Source: an uncultured Gammaproteobacteria bacterium
GTDB taxonomy: Bacteria; Patescibacteriota; Microgenomatia; Levybacterales; GWA1-39-11
NCBI GenBank assembly: GCA_964409875.1
Contig: CAYPEN010000004.1
Coordinates: 107,784-171,783, forward strand
DNA length: 64,000 bases
Reading direction: 5' to 3'
The position numbers and the translations under genes were made by a program. Shown here piece by piece: positions 29,387 through 38,613 of the stretch (within the stretch, counting starts at the first letter, position 1; every line of letters begins with the position of its first letter). Under the pieces are notes generated by a model. It was not told where the DNA came from, did no database searches, and saw nothing but the letters and a program-made list of their open reading frames with translations.

Positions 29387-30064
29387 ATGAAGAAGGCCAT
29401 TATTATATTTGTTTTGCTATTGCTTTTTGGTGGATTGGCATATGTGGGGCTTGAAATGAGAGATGTCGTTGTATCAAAAAATTACACTGATTACTGGCAG
29501 CAAAAAGCTTTTGATAGCGGAGATTTCGTGTATGTTGTTCTTGGAGATGCAAATGGACTGGGGGTGGGCGCTTCATCGGCCATGAAAGGTTATGTTGGGC
29601 TGTTGACCGATAAAATCAAACAGACCGACAGAACAGTAAAAATAGTTAATCTTTCATCAAAAGATGCGAAGATAAATACAGTCATCAATGAACAACTTCC
29701 AAAAATTGGAAATTTAAAACCAGACCTTGTGACTATTACAATTGGCATGATTGATATTGAATCAGGGAAAGGATTAGAGTCGTTCGCTCATGACATGCAA
29801 TTGCTTTTGCCTCTTCTCCCGACGCACGTTAGTTATATTTCCGAAATCCCCTTTACATTGATTCCTGGCAAGGGAAAAGTTATCCGTGAGGCGAACCTGA
29901 AAATACTCGAACTAGCGAATATTGCGGGTGTTAATACGGTATTATTAGGAGATACCCTTAATAAGAACAATGATCTGTCCGTCTATGATTGGGGTTTGAA
30001 GTACCCCAATGATAAAGGACATTCATTATGGGCGGATGCATTTTGGAATACAATTCAACAATGA
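29387..30064 (+). CDS. SGNH/GDSL-fold protein with substituted catalytic residues
   Basis: YVVLGDA..LGVG, PDLVTITIG..D, YPNDKGH.LWA. Confidence 0.75.
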   Translation: MKKAIIIFVLLLLFGGLAYVGLEMRDVVVSKNYTDYWQQKAFDSGDFVYVVLGDANGLGVGASSAMKGYVGLLTDKIKQTDRTVKIVNLSSKDAKINTVINEQLPKIGNLKPDLVTITIGMIDIESGKGLESFAHDMQLLLPLLPTHVSYISEIPFTLIPGKGKVIREANLKILELANIAGVNTVLLGDTLNKNNDLSVYDWGLKYPNDKGHSLWADAFWNTIQQ

Positions 30065-30945
30065 ATACTCACTATCAACATCTCAAGGAAAAATTAGAAC
30101 TCAGAAATTCAACCCTTAAGGGGCAGCTAGTGCAAAAGCATAAAGCCGCATTTGAGTGGATGCAGAGTAACACCAAACAACTTGCTGCTGGTGCATTTGG
30201 AAGTTTATTGCTTCTAACATCTCCAGCGACGAATTTCTTACCAAAACCCGATGAGTCTGCCATTCATGGCTCACAGTTTGTTGATATACCACAGAATATG
30301 TTCGTCATTAACGACTTAAAGCCTTATTTGCCTGACACCGTTGGCCCTCTTATTCCAATGCAGGAAGAAAAAATTGCAGAAATTCTAAGCGGTTATTATG
30401 GGTTTTCTGTCGCTCCCCAGATAGATGGGAAGAGGTTAAATACAACATATGGATACATAGGGCTTGAGCAACATTTAAAGCGCTATCCAGGAGACAGCAT
30501 GGAAGAAAGAATAAAACATGACCCTTCGGCTGTTGAATTTGCTAAAAACGGACTTGCTCCGGGGCTTGGCGGGTTTGGGTATTTTGCCAAATCTAAAGCA
30601 GAGCTAACTAAAAAAGATATCGACCGTGAGAAATATTACATCGCAGTCCAATCTTTTTTGGCGCCCGGATTTTCAGATAGGAGACGTGAGTATATAGAAT
30701 TTTTTAAATACCGCAAAATGCTTCTTGTGAATCCTGAAAACGGTAGGGCTGTTGTTGCAGATATTGCAGATGCAGGACCTGCGGTATGGACAGGCAAGCA
30801 ACTTGGAGGAAGTCCTGAAGTAATGCACCATTTGGAAAGGGTAGATGGGATATCAAGAGGCGGCGTGTTATACTTTTTTATTGATGACCCTGAAGACAAA
30901 ATACCTTTGGGGCCTATTGAACCGGCAAAGTTGGCAAAAAGTTAA
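30061..30945 (+). CDS. Hypothetical protein with RlpA/DPBB-like C-terminal motif
   Basis: LVNPENGRAVVADIADAGP resembles the RlpA motif V.N..NGR.V.V.I.DRGP; start ATG 30061. Confidence 0.55.
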   Translation: MNTHYQHLKEKLELRNSTLKGQLVQKHKAAFEWMQSNTKQLAAGAFGSLLLLTSPATNFLPKPDESAIHGSQFVDIPQNMFVINDLKPYLPDTVGPLIPMQEEKIAEILSGYYGFSVAPQIDGKRLNTTYGYIGLEQHLKRYPGDSMEERIKHDPSAVEFAKNGLAPGLGGFGYFAKSKAELTKKDIDREKYYIAVQSFLAPGFSDRRREYIEFFKYRKMLLVNPENGRAVVADIADAGPAVWTGKQLGGSPEVMHHLERVDGISRGGVLYFFIDDPEDKIPLGPIEPAKLAKS

Positions 30946-30975
30946 CATGAATAAGCAAAGCTTGTTCACATACAT

Positions 30976-31305
30976 ATGAATAATCATTTCTTCAGTCATT
31001 TGATTGAAATTCAAACTCTTGAGTTGGAGCTTGACGACATGTCGATGGAAGAACATGAAAAAGAGGAGATAAGAAAGCTAATTCATGAGAATATCTACCA
31101 CACCGTTCTTGATGCAGTCTTGTCGGAGCTTTCCGAAGATGACAAAAGGGTTTTTTTGACCCATCTTGTGTCTGAGGACAATGAGAAAATTTGGAATTTT
31201 GTGAATGACAAAGTGGAAAATATTGAGGAAAAAATAAGAAAAGTAGCTGAAGACATTAAGCGTGAGCTTCACAAGGATATCACTTCTACAAAGCATGCAA
31301 AGTAA
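30976..31305 (+). CDS. Hypothetical acidic helical protein
   Basis: 109-aa ORF in operon context. Confidence 0.65.
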   Translation: MNNHFFSHLIEIQTLELELDDMSMEEHEKEEIRKLIHENIYHTVLDAVLSELSEDDKRVFLTHLVSEDNEKIWNFVNDKVENIEEKIRKVAEDIKRELHKDITSTKHAK

Positions 31306-31855
31306 GGAAAAGGCACTTCAGAAAATCGCCCACGAAATAGAGAACTGCATTGATTGTAAGATCGGCAAGCATGGTATGGCTGTACCTGGCGAGGGTAATC
31401 CTGACGCGGATATTATGTTTGTTGGAGAGGCTCCCGGAAGAACGGAAGCTGCGACAGGGAGACCATTTGTTGGCAGATCCGGAAAACTTTTGAGAAGTCT
31501 TATAAATGAAGCGGGACTTAACGAGGAAGACGTATACATAACAAGTCCTGTAAAATATTTGCCCGACTACATTACTCCAAAACCCTCCGATATAGCACAC
31601 GGAAAAACACATTTTGATGAGCAAGTTAAGGTGATTGATCCTAAGTTTATCGTTCTTCTTGGTCGAGTTGCTGCACTGGCAGTTTTAAATAAGAATATTT
31701 CCGTAGTAAAAGAACATGGGAAAATCATTGAAGAAAATGGTAGAAAATATTTTATAACGGTTCATCCTGCTGCAGCTCTTCGGTTTACGAAGATGAAAAA
31801 CACGCTGCTTGAAGATTTTTTTAACCTCAAAAAGCTTTTAAAGATTAACTTTTGA
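31295..31855 (+). CDS. Uracil-DNA glycosylase, family 4-like
   Basis: C..C, VPGEG, FVGEAPG..E...GRPFVGRSG.LL, HPAA; start ATG 31295. Confidence 0.92.
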   Translation: MQSKEKALQKIAHEIENCIDCKIGKHGMAVPGEGNPDADIMFVGEAPGRTEAATGRPFVGRSGKLLRSLINEAGLNEEDVYITSPVKYLPDYITPKPSDIAHGKTHFDEQVKVIDPKFIVLLGRVAALAVLNKNISVVKEHGKIIEENGRKYFITVHPAAALRFTKMKNTLLEDFFNLKKLLKINF

Positions 31856-31863
31856 CTATTAGC

Positions 31864-32196
31864 TTAATGGTCTTTGTGATATCTTTTCTCTATTTTTTCA
31901 AGCTTGTCATTAATTGCTCGTTGAATATCAACTTTGGCAACACTGGCAAGCTGTATTGTCGTTATGATTACATCTGCAAACTCTTCGTAAATATTCCTTT
32001 TGTCGAATTTATCAAGTTTTGATTTTCTTTGAAGCCTTAAAACACTTAAAATATCATTGCAAAGTTCTCCTACCTCCTCATTGAGTTTTACCGTTTTTGT
32101 GAGAATTTCTTTTTCTTCTTGGGTGTAGAGTTTGTAGTGGGGACGCGTCCTTACATTCATTTCATTTATTTTCTCCTGAAGTCCTTTAATATCCAT
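31864..32196 (-). CDS. MazG-like nucleotide pyrophosphohydrolase
   Basis: KL.EEVGEL, EE.AD.I, KL.KI.KR; start ATG 32196. Confidence 0.85.
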   Translation of the reverse strand: MDIKGLQEKINEMNVRTRPHYKLYTQEEKEILTKTVKLNEEVGELCNDILSVLRLQRKSKLDKFDKRNIYEEFADVIITTIQLASVAKVDIQRAINDKLEKIEKRYHKDH

Positions 32197-32238
32197 AGAT
32201 ATTATTATACGCCATTTGTTGTAGTGTATTATATAGGT

Positions 32239-32631
32239 ATGTCGAGAAGAAGCATTATTCAAGAGACCGAAGAAGAAATAGTAAAAGAAGCAGAGGTTGT
32301 GATGCGATGGAGCGGCAAAAGAATCGTTATTGCAACTTTTCTTTGTATTATTCTTATCGTAGGAGGCATATATGGAATATACAAATTGGGACAAAACACA
32401 GTAAATGTGCTGGGAGCTCAAACAAAGAAAGACCATCCCCAATTACAGATTCCACAACAGAAAAATGTAGAAGAAATCATTAACAACGCGAAAAAAGATC
32501 TTTCTAATATTAATGCCAAAAATATTGTGGAAAGTCAGCCTCAGCTCAAGAAGGTCATCGACGACCTCACTCATTTAACGGGCTCTTCCAGTAGCGCGAA
32601 AAACCTTATCTGCGACACACTGTGTAAATAG
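32239..32631 (+). CDS. Hypothetical single-TM protein
   Basis: TM segment, VLG motif, C-terminal ICDTLCK. Confidence 0.65.
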   Translation: MSRRSIIQETEEEIVKEAEVVMRWSGKRIVIATFLCIILIVGGIYGIYKLGQNTVNVLGAQTKKDHPQLQIPQQKNVEEIINNAKKDLSNINAKNIVESQPQLKKVIDDLTHLTGSSSSAKNLICDTLCK

Positions 32632-32699
32632 CCCTTACTTTTTTTGGGTTAGTAACGTAGCTTGTGTCTAGCTTTGAGGCTGGTTATAATAACTCAAAC

Positions 32700-33707
32700 A
32701 TGGATGAATTAAAACAAAGAGCAGAAATTGTACTGCAAAAACTTAATATTAATGAAAAAAGGATTCGATTTAATGAAATAGAAGCTAAGTCAGTAGACCC
32801 TAACTTCTGGAAGGATACAGAAGCCGCAACAAAGCTCATGCAGGAGTTTGGAGCTTTGCAAAAAGAAATTGAGAACTACGAAAAAATCCAAAAATTGGTT
32901 TCAGATGAACGATTTGAGGAACTCGAGGAACCATTGAAAGAATTAGAGATTTATCTTTACCTTTCAGGACCGTTAGATAAGGCAAATGCTATCATTTCTA
33001 TCCACGCAGGGCAGGGAGGAGTCGACGCCATGGATTGGGCGCAAATGTTGGCACGTATGTATCAGAGGTTCTTTGAGCGGCGTGGATGGAAATTTGAAAT
33101 AATAGATCAGGCAAATGGGGATGAGGCGGGGATAAAATACATCGATTATTTAGTAGAAGGAGAATTTGTTTATGGTTACTTAAAGGGTGAGAACGGAACC
33201 CATAGATTGGTCAGGCTTTCCCCCTTCAATGCAAATAACTTACGACAAACCTCATTTGCTCTTGTTGAGGTATTGCCGCAGTCAGATGATGACACTTCGC
33301 TAAAAATCAACGATGAAGATTTGGAATGGGAATTTTATCGTGCATCATCTCACGGTGGTCAGAATGTTCAGAAGGTAAGCAGCGCTGTGCGGCTTACCCA
33401 TAAGCCTACAGGAATAGTAGTCACAAATCAAACAGAGCGATATCAAAATCAAAATAGAGAGTACGCACTCAAGCTTTTGAAAGCAAAACTATTGGCTCGG
33501 GCAGAGCAAGAGCGTCAGGCAGAGGAGAGAAAACTGAAAGGAGAGTATAAAGCCGCGTCATGGGGTAACCAAATAAGAAATTATGTCCTTCATCCTTATC
33601 AAATGGTAAAAGACCTTCGTACAAATATTGAGACAAGCAACACAGAAGCTGTGTTGGATGGTGATATCGATGCATTCATTGAAGCTGAACTCAAGGAATT
33701 GGAGTAG
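32700..33707 (+). CDS. prfB: Peptide chain release factor 2, continuous ORF
   Basis: HRLVRLSPF, GGQ, WGNQIRNYVL.PY..VKD.RT. Confidence 0.96.
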   Translation: MDELKQRAEIVLQKLNINEKRIRFNEIEAKSVDPNFWKDTEAATKLMQEFGALQKEIENYEKIQKLVSDERFEELEEPLKELEIYLYLSGPLDKANAIISIHAGQGGVDAMDWAQMLARMYQRFFERRGWKFEIIDQANGDEAGIKYIDYLVEGEFVYGYLKGENGTHRLVRLSPFNANNLRQTSFALVEVLPQSDDDTSLKINDEDLEWEFYRASSHGGQNVQKVSSAVRLTHKPTGIVVTNQTERYQNQNREYALKLLKAKLLARAEQERQAEERKLKGEYKAASWGNQIRNYVLHPYQMVKDLRTNIETSNTEAVLDGDIDAFIEAELKELE

Positions 33708-34992
33708 TAGGAGGCTCGAGCTTAATAGTTGATATAATATAATCCACCTCTTCTTGTGTCGGATTGTTTGTGATTGCAATACTATAAACATTATCCTTTG
33801 TATCAAATAGAGTAAGAACTTGTGATGTGTCATTTTTGCCTTTAGCTGCAATTTGGTAGCCTTTAAGACTGTTGTAGTGGAAGGAATAGACGTAGGGGCT
33901 ACCCAAAATAAGGACTTCTTTAAAAGGCAGTTCAAAACCCATTGCCACAATTTTTCTGGGAGAAGTGGTAATGTTTAGAGAATTTGGGTCGAGATTTAAT
34001 AATGTCATGTGGAGCAAATAGTTCGATGAAGAAATATCCTCACCAATAATTCTTTTGAGTTCTTTTGTGTGCGGGTCTGAGTCTGGAAAAAGTGTTTTTA
34101 CTGAAATAATTTTTGCACTATTGGCGGGACTTAACAAAACTCCATGAGCTGGTTTATAAAAGTACGCCCAATCAGATAATCCCCATTTCATATTTTTTGT
34201 TGGTTCACCCCAAGGGGTGGTGAGAGTTACTCCAAAATGAGAAATAGTAGCAGGGTGAGACGGTTTATAATTTTTAATAGAGATGGTCCGTTCCTGCGGA
34301 AATTCATAAAGAGTTGGATGTTTTTCTTTTGAATATAACATTAATTGCATAATTGGACTCATAAATACAGCTGGCCAGATATTAAGTGTAATAAGACAGC
34401 AGGCAATAAACGAGAAAAATCCCGTCGTAAAGATTAATTTTTTTGAAAGCGCTTCTCCTTTATGGATAAAAAAAGTTGCTTTTACTGCTTTAATAGCCGT
34501 AAAGAGACCAATAATTGCAAGAAAAATATTAGCTCCGCCATACTGTGTAATCTTGTTTATTACTGTAATGATAAATGAGAGAATTATTGCAATTAAGAAA
34601 GTCAGCGCAGCCGTCCTATTTCGACTTTTTCGAAGCCAGAATGATATGGAAATGTAGCCTATGCTGTCGATAATTGTGTCCCACCAATTGGGCGTTCCGG
34701 TTACAAACAAGATACAGGATAAAATTATAAACAAAACACCCACTGTGACTGAAAAATTTGCTGCGTCACGGATTGCTTTTACAGCTTCCTCAGGAGTTGT
34801 TATGGCAAGCGACCAAATAGTTTTTTTGTGTTGAGGTGGTTGCTGCGACGTAGAATTTCGGATCTGGACGTATGAGTCTAAAATATCCTGTTGCTCCCAA
34901 CCCTTTTGAAGTAGACTGGGAGTAATCAGCTCAGGAGAGAGTCCTCTATTAATAGAGTCCTGAATATAGGCAACAAGTTCTTGTCTGACCAC
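33691..34992 (-). CDS. Multi-pass membrane protein with a C-terminal soluble domain
   Basis: About 5 TM segments; N-terminal L..YI.....G....I...L...GW; C-terminal YIISTIK. Confidence 0.7.
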   Translation of the reverse strand: MVRQELVAYIQDSINRGLSPELITPSLLQKGWEQQDILDSYVQIRNSTSQQPPQHKKTIWSLAITTPEEAVKAIRDAANFSVTVGVLFIILSCILFVTGTPNWWDTIIDSIGYISISFWLRKSRNRTAALTFLIAIILSFIITVINKITQYGGANIFLAIIGLFTAIKAVKATFFIHKGEALSKKLIFTTGFFSFIACCLITLNIWPAVFMSPIMQLMLYSKEKHPTLYEFPQERTISIKNYKPSHPATISHFGVTLTTPWGEPTKNMKWGLSDWAYFYKPAHGVLLSPANSAKIISVKTLFPDSDPHTKELKRIIGEDISSSNYLLHMTLLNLDPNSLNITTSPRKIVAMGFELPFKEVLILGSPYVYSFHYNSLKGYQIAAKGKNDTSQVLTLFDTKDNVYSIAITNNPTQEEVDYIISTIKLEPPTTPIP

Positions 34993-35105
34993 AATTCAGT
35001 ATGGATAATAATTTACAGAAATGTCAATTATAAGGTTTAAAAGTTGAAATTTTTTATCAGAATGGGTTGAATTAAACTTCATAATATGGTTAGATATGAA
35101 GAGTC

Positions 35106-35588
35106 ATGGAAGAAAATAAACTGCCTAAAAAAGAGCTAATTCATGATTTGAATTCTCCACGCAAAAAAAACAGCAGTTCATCTGGAATTATGAAAAAACA
35201 GCTTATATTGACCGTTATAATTGTCGTAATTTTAGGTATTGGTACGGGTTACATCGCTGCAAATGTTGCGGGAAGCAGCAACAAAGGGCCACTTTCCGTA
35301 AACAATAGTGGGTCTGGCGGATCGATGGGAAAGGGATTTACCGCCGGAGTCAATGACACGAAAGCATTTCCAGATACTGCTGAAGGCGTTCTACAAGCAG
35401 GGGGAATTGATGGAGAAGGTGCGTATCATCTGGTGCGTCCGGGTGGAGACTCACAAAATGTATATATGACATCCTCGGCAGTTGACTTGAGTCAGTTCAT
35501 GGGAAAAAAGGTAAAAGTTTGGGGGCAGACGCAGGCTGCACAAAAGGCGGGATGGCTCATGGATGTTGGAAAAATACAAATACTGTAG
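35106..35588 (+). CDS. Membrane-anchored hypothetical protein
   Basis: One TM, Gly/Ser linker, beta-rich C-terminal domain. Confidence 0.7.
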   Translation: MEENKLPKKELIHDLNSPRKKNSSSSGIMKKQLILTVIIVVILGIGTGYIAANVAGSSNKGPLSVNNSGSGGSMGKGFTAGVNDTKAFPDTAEGVLQAGGIDGEGAYHLVRPGGDSQNVYMTSSAVDLSQFMGKKVKVWGQTQAAQKAGWLMDVGKIQIL

Positions 35589-35660
35589 TTTCAATATCAG
35601 CTGTAGTAATAGAACGAGGTATGTGCATGAAATCCAACGATTTCATCGAAGCTTATAATC

Positions 35661-36443
35661 ATGATTACATTTCAAGATGTAACCAAACAATACTACTCGG
35701 ACCTTGCGCTTGATAAGGTAAGTTTTTCCATTGAGAAAGGGGATTTTGTTTTTCTTGTCGGGCCGACTGGAAGTGGTAAAACCACGATTTTCCGACTTAT
35801 TATAAGAGACCTCCTTCCGACAGAAGGGGCTATCACAATTGGGGATATTGACGTGGTGAAATTGCCGGGAAAAAAAGTCAGGCAGCTTCGTAGAAACGTT
35901 GGGGTTATTTTTCAGGATTTGAAATTATTGCATGACAGAACTGTTGGAGAGAATGTAATGTTGCCGCTTCAGTTTTCGGGCGTATCCGAAAAGGATGCCA
36001 AAGAAAGAGCTCATGAAGTACTAAAAAGTGTAGGGCTTATGAGCGCTTTTACAAAATTTCCTCAACAACTCTCTGGTGGAGAAAGACAGCGAGTTGCAAT
36101 AGCACGTGCGCTCGTTTTTGATCCGGAAGTAATCCTCGCCGATGAGCCTACCGGTAATTTGGACCTTGAAACCAGTATGCAAATACTCAATCTGTTGGAT
36201 GAAATCAACAAAACCGGAACAACTATTTTTATGGCGACACACAATGATAGGATAATAGATACCACTAAAAAAAGGGTTATTGTGCTTGAAAATGGTAAAT
36301 TAAAGGAAGATAGAAAGAAAAAAGGTGAGGAAAAAAAGCATGCTGAATCTGAAGAGAAACATATGACAAAGCATGAAAAGGTGGAAAAGAAAGAACCTAA
36401 TGAGGAAGAGGAAAAAATTTCACTGGAGAGTTTAACGAAATAA
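35661..36443 (+). CDS. ftsE: Cell division ATP-binding protein FtsE
   Basis: GPTGSGKTT, FQD.KLL, LSGGERQRVAIARA, ADEPTGNLD; adjacent to ftsX. Confidence 0.93.
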   Translation: MITFQDVTKQYYSDLALDKVSFSIEKGDFVFLVGPTGSGKTTIFRLIIRDLLPTEGAITIGDIDVVKLPGKKVRQLRRNVGVIFQDLKLLHDRTVGENVMLPLQFSGVSEKDAKERAHEVLKSVGLMSAFTKFPQQLSGGERQRVAIARALVFDPEVILADEPTGNLDLETSMQILNLLDEINKTGTTIFMATHNDRIIDTTKKRVIVLENGKLKEDRKKKGEEKKHAESEEKHMTKHEKVEKKEPNEEEEKISLESLTK

Positions 36444-36446
36444 TTT

Positions 36447-37313
36447 ATGCACGTACAGACAGTTGCCAAATATATACGACGTTCACCATATCAATCGGTG
36501 GCAGCAATTCTTATTATGTCATTGACATTTTTGACAATCGCTGTTTTTTCAATAATTACAATTATTTCCGTGAGAGTCATTAACTACTTTGAAACACGGC
36601 CGCAGTTGTCGGTTTTTTTCAAGCAAGAGGCAACAGTTGATGAAATTAATGCGCTTCGCAAACAACTTACGGATACGGGAAGATCAAGAAGTATAAAGTT
36701 TGTGTCAAAAGATGAAGCGTTATCAATCTATAAACAGCAGAATAAAGATGACCCTTTGCTTCTAGACTTGGTTACATCCGATATCCTTCCTTCGTCTTTA
36801 GATGTCCAAGCAAACGATGCTTCATATCTTTCCGATTTGGCAAGTATTGCTAAAAAGTCAAAAGCAGTTGATGAAGTTGTTTTTCAAAAAGACATAGTCG
36901 ACACTCTTATACGGTTTACAAATGGATTGCGTCAAATTGGACTTGTAATAATCACTGTACTTTTGGTCGTAAGTATTTTTGTTATTCTCACGATTATTGG
37001 AATAAAGATTACGGTAAGAAGAGACGAGATTGAAATAATGAAATTAATTGGAGCGACTAACTGGTTTATCAGAACACCGTTTTTATTAGAAGGAATGTTT
37101 TATGGTGCTGTGGGTGCTGTTGTCGGATGGGCTGTTTCCTATGGGGTTCTTTATTTTTATGCTACGCCAAAAATTGAGAGTTTTTTTGGTGGTGTTCCGG
37201 TTCTTCCCATCGAACCTCTTCTTATGATTGAAGTGCTTGGAGTTTTATTCTTTTCGGCAATAATCTTGGGAGCATTCTCGAGTTTTTTGGCCGTCCTTCG
37301 TTATTTGAAGTGA
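36447..37313 (+). CDS. ftsX: Cell division permease FtsX
   Basis: FVSKDEAL, RRDEIEIMKLIGAT.WFIR.PFLLEG. Confidence 0.94.
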   Translation: MHVQTVAKYIRRSPYQSVAAILIMSLTFLTIAVFSIITIISVRVINYFETRPQLSVFFKQEATVDEINALRKQLTDTGRSRSIKFVSKDEALSIYKQQNKDDPLLLDLVTSDILPSSLDVQANDASYLSDLASIAKKSKAVDEVVFQKDIVDTLIRFTNGLRQIGLVIITVLLVVSIFVILTIIGIKITVRRDEIEIMKLIGATNWFIRTPFLLEGMFYGAVGAVVGWAVSYGVLYFYATPKIESFFGGVPVLPIEPLLMIEVLGVLFFSAIILGAFSSFLAVLRYLK

Positions 37314-37322
37314 GTACCTACC

Positions 37323-38555
37323 ATGTCTATGCGATTGCTCAAATACGTATTTGTAATAGGTTTGTTATGCTATATTCTATCTTTTGGTCTTATTAAGGCA
37401 AATGCCGAAGATGTAACGCCAACCCCATCTTCAAGCTCGGATTCACAAAAAAAGGCCGATACGGAAAAATTAATCCAAGAACTAGAGACAAAAATTGCCG
37501 ATACAAAATCTCAGGAGAAAACTCTTTCATCTCAAATTGATATTGCTGACAATCAAATTAAATTAACGGAGGCAAAGATAGAACGCACGAAAGATCAGAT
37601 TGAGTCTCTTGAAGTAGATATAGATATTACTAAAAGTAAAATTTCAAGCTCTGAAGGTGATTTGGATAAAACTTCCCATGCGTTTGTCGGCCGTGCAAAA
37701 GCAGTATATCAGCAAGGAACGGTTGCTCCTTGGCAGGTACTCCTTACTTCTAATACATTAGACAATTTTTTTACAAGATTAAAATACCTTAAAATTGTGC
37801 AACTATATGACAAAAAAAATATCTATGCTGCCGAGCAGGCGAAGGTGAATTACAGTAATCAACAAAACATTCTTGTTGACAAAAAACAAGAAGAGGAAGC
37901 ATTGAATAAAAAACTTGAGGCATATACAGAACAACTCAATACAGATAAAGAGTCAAAAAAACGGTTACTTGCTGAAACACAGGGAAGCGAGGCGAATTAT
38001 CAAAGATTGTTAGCTCAAGCAAAAGCACAGCTTGCAGGTTTTTCAAATTTCGTCGCAGCACAGGGAGGAGCATCATTGCTTTCTGGACAAACTTCGTGTG
38101 ATTCTTGGGGTTGTTATTATAATCAGCGTGATTCTAATTGGGGAGCCGCAGCTCTGAATGGTACGCAGTACACAATTGCAAGCGATGGTTGTCTTGTTAC
38201 TTCGATGGCAATGATATTTACTCACTATGGAAAAAAAATAACGCCTATTGATATCAACTCCAATTCTTCAAATTTTGCGTCTTATTATCCCGCATATCTT
38301 CTCTTTACAATTTCAGCCGGTGGTGCGACAGCACAGCGAGTAGGGGCTTCAATGGATTCCGTTTTGGCCGGAGGGGATCCGGTGGTTGTTGGAATAAATG
38401 CATACGGAGGAACTCACTTTGTTGTAATAAAAAGTGGTTCTAACGGGAATTACATAATGAACGATCCGTACCTTCCAAATGGACACGATGTTAACTTTAC
38501 AGACCATTATTCTATGGGAAGTATCTTCTCGGTCCAAAAAGTAGTCTTCTTGTAG
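37323..38555 (+). CDS. Secreted PcsB/CwlO-like coiled-coil protein with a C-terminal peptidase C39-like domain
   Basis: Signal peptide, long coiled coil, YNQRD..W, GCLVTSMAM, THFVVI, MNDP. Confidence 0.82.
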   Translation: MSMRLLKYVFVIGLLCYILSFGLIKANAEDVTPTPSSSSDSQKKADTEKLIQELETKIADTKSQEKTLSSQIDIADNQIKLTEAKIERTKDQIESLEVDIDITKSKISSSEGDLDKTSHAFVGRAKAVYQQGTVAPWQVLLTSNTLDNFFTRLKYLKIVQLYDKKNIYAAEQAKVNYSNQQNILVDKKQEEEALNKKLEAYTEQLNTDKESKKRLLAETQGSEANYQRLLAQAKAQLAGFSNFVAAQGGASLLSGQTSCDSWGCYYNQRDSNWGAAALNGTQYTIASDGCLVTSMAMIFTHYGKKITPIDINSNSSNFASYYPAYLLFTISAGGATAQRVGASMDSVLAGGDPVVVGINAYGGTHFVVIKSGSNGNYIMNDPYLPNGHDVNFTDHYSMGSIFSVQKVVFL

Positions 38556-38613
38556 TGGATCTATCGTCAAAGGGTTGAAAGTTTTACCACTTTCCTATTA
38601 AATCAGAGTTATT

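Noticed and set aside
31295-32196. UDG + MazG-like pair as an anti-phage module
   Set aside because: Convergent orientation and ordinary nucleotide-sanitising families, with no defence-gene context.
32730-32760. Programmed +1 frameshift of prfB
   Set aside because: The equivalent site reads CTT AAT, not CTT TGA, and the ORF is continuous.
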